Virus record (IMG/VR): IMGVR_UViG_3300044724_000934
Location: 1 to 26,781 of that record
Reading direction: 5' to 3' (one strand)
Source: a virus
Lineage: Duplodnaviria > Caudoviricetes
Length of the DNA stretch: 26,781 nt
Shown here piece after piece: positions 26,781 to 26,781 of this stretch. Positions within the stretch are counted from its first letter, which is position 1, and each line of letters opens with the position of its first letter. Position numbers and translations under genes: made by a program. The notes beneath the pieces were generated by a model. That model had not been told where the DNA came from and made no database searches. It was given only the letters and a program-made list of their open reading frames with translations.

Positions 26781-26781
26781 A

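Noticed and set aside
1-26781. Frequent CTAG/AGCT and apparently scarce CG as a signal of DNA modification
   Set aside because: Plausibly explained by low GC and GCT/CTA codon preference; cannot be supported without computing observed/expected k-mer ratios.
1-26781. Repeated T7-type phage RNA polymerase promoters, tRNAs, introns/inteins or stop-codon recoding
   Set aside because: No repeated intergenic motif or cloverleaf was seen, polA and nrdJ are uninterrupted, and all three stop codons terminate genes normally.

Overview
AT-rich segment of a tailed dsDNA bacteriophage with a T7-like replication module, most likely a lytic aquatic podovirus; a proteobacterial host is an inference. There are two convergent arms. 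The + arm (1-13289) carries the primase-helicase C-terminus, a compact family A DNA polymerase, four nucleases, a gp2.5-like SSB with its own sigma70 promoter and terminator, DUF3310 and a class II (B12-dependent) ribonucleotide reductase. A second sigma70 promoter then precedes Hsp20, a three-gene glycosyltransferase/methyltransferase/Maf-like module, a 3TM holin, a membrane protein and TerS. The - arm (26781-13322) carries tail fibre/chaperone genes, a tail stabilisation protein, large internal virion proteins and an M15 peptidase endolysin. Most notable: (i) a ROSE-like RNA thermometer in the 5' UTR of the phage Hsp20; (ii) a glycan-modification module containing a GT-MTase-Maf triple fusion with degenerate motifs; (iii) two short cationic ORFs missed by the ORF track, similar to each other, one coupled behind the holin and one behind the endolysin. 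No tRNA, rRNA, CRISPR array or integrase was seen. All family assignments are from motif recognition by eye, not from database searches.
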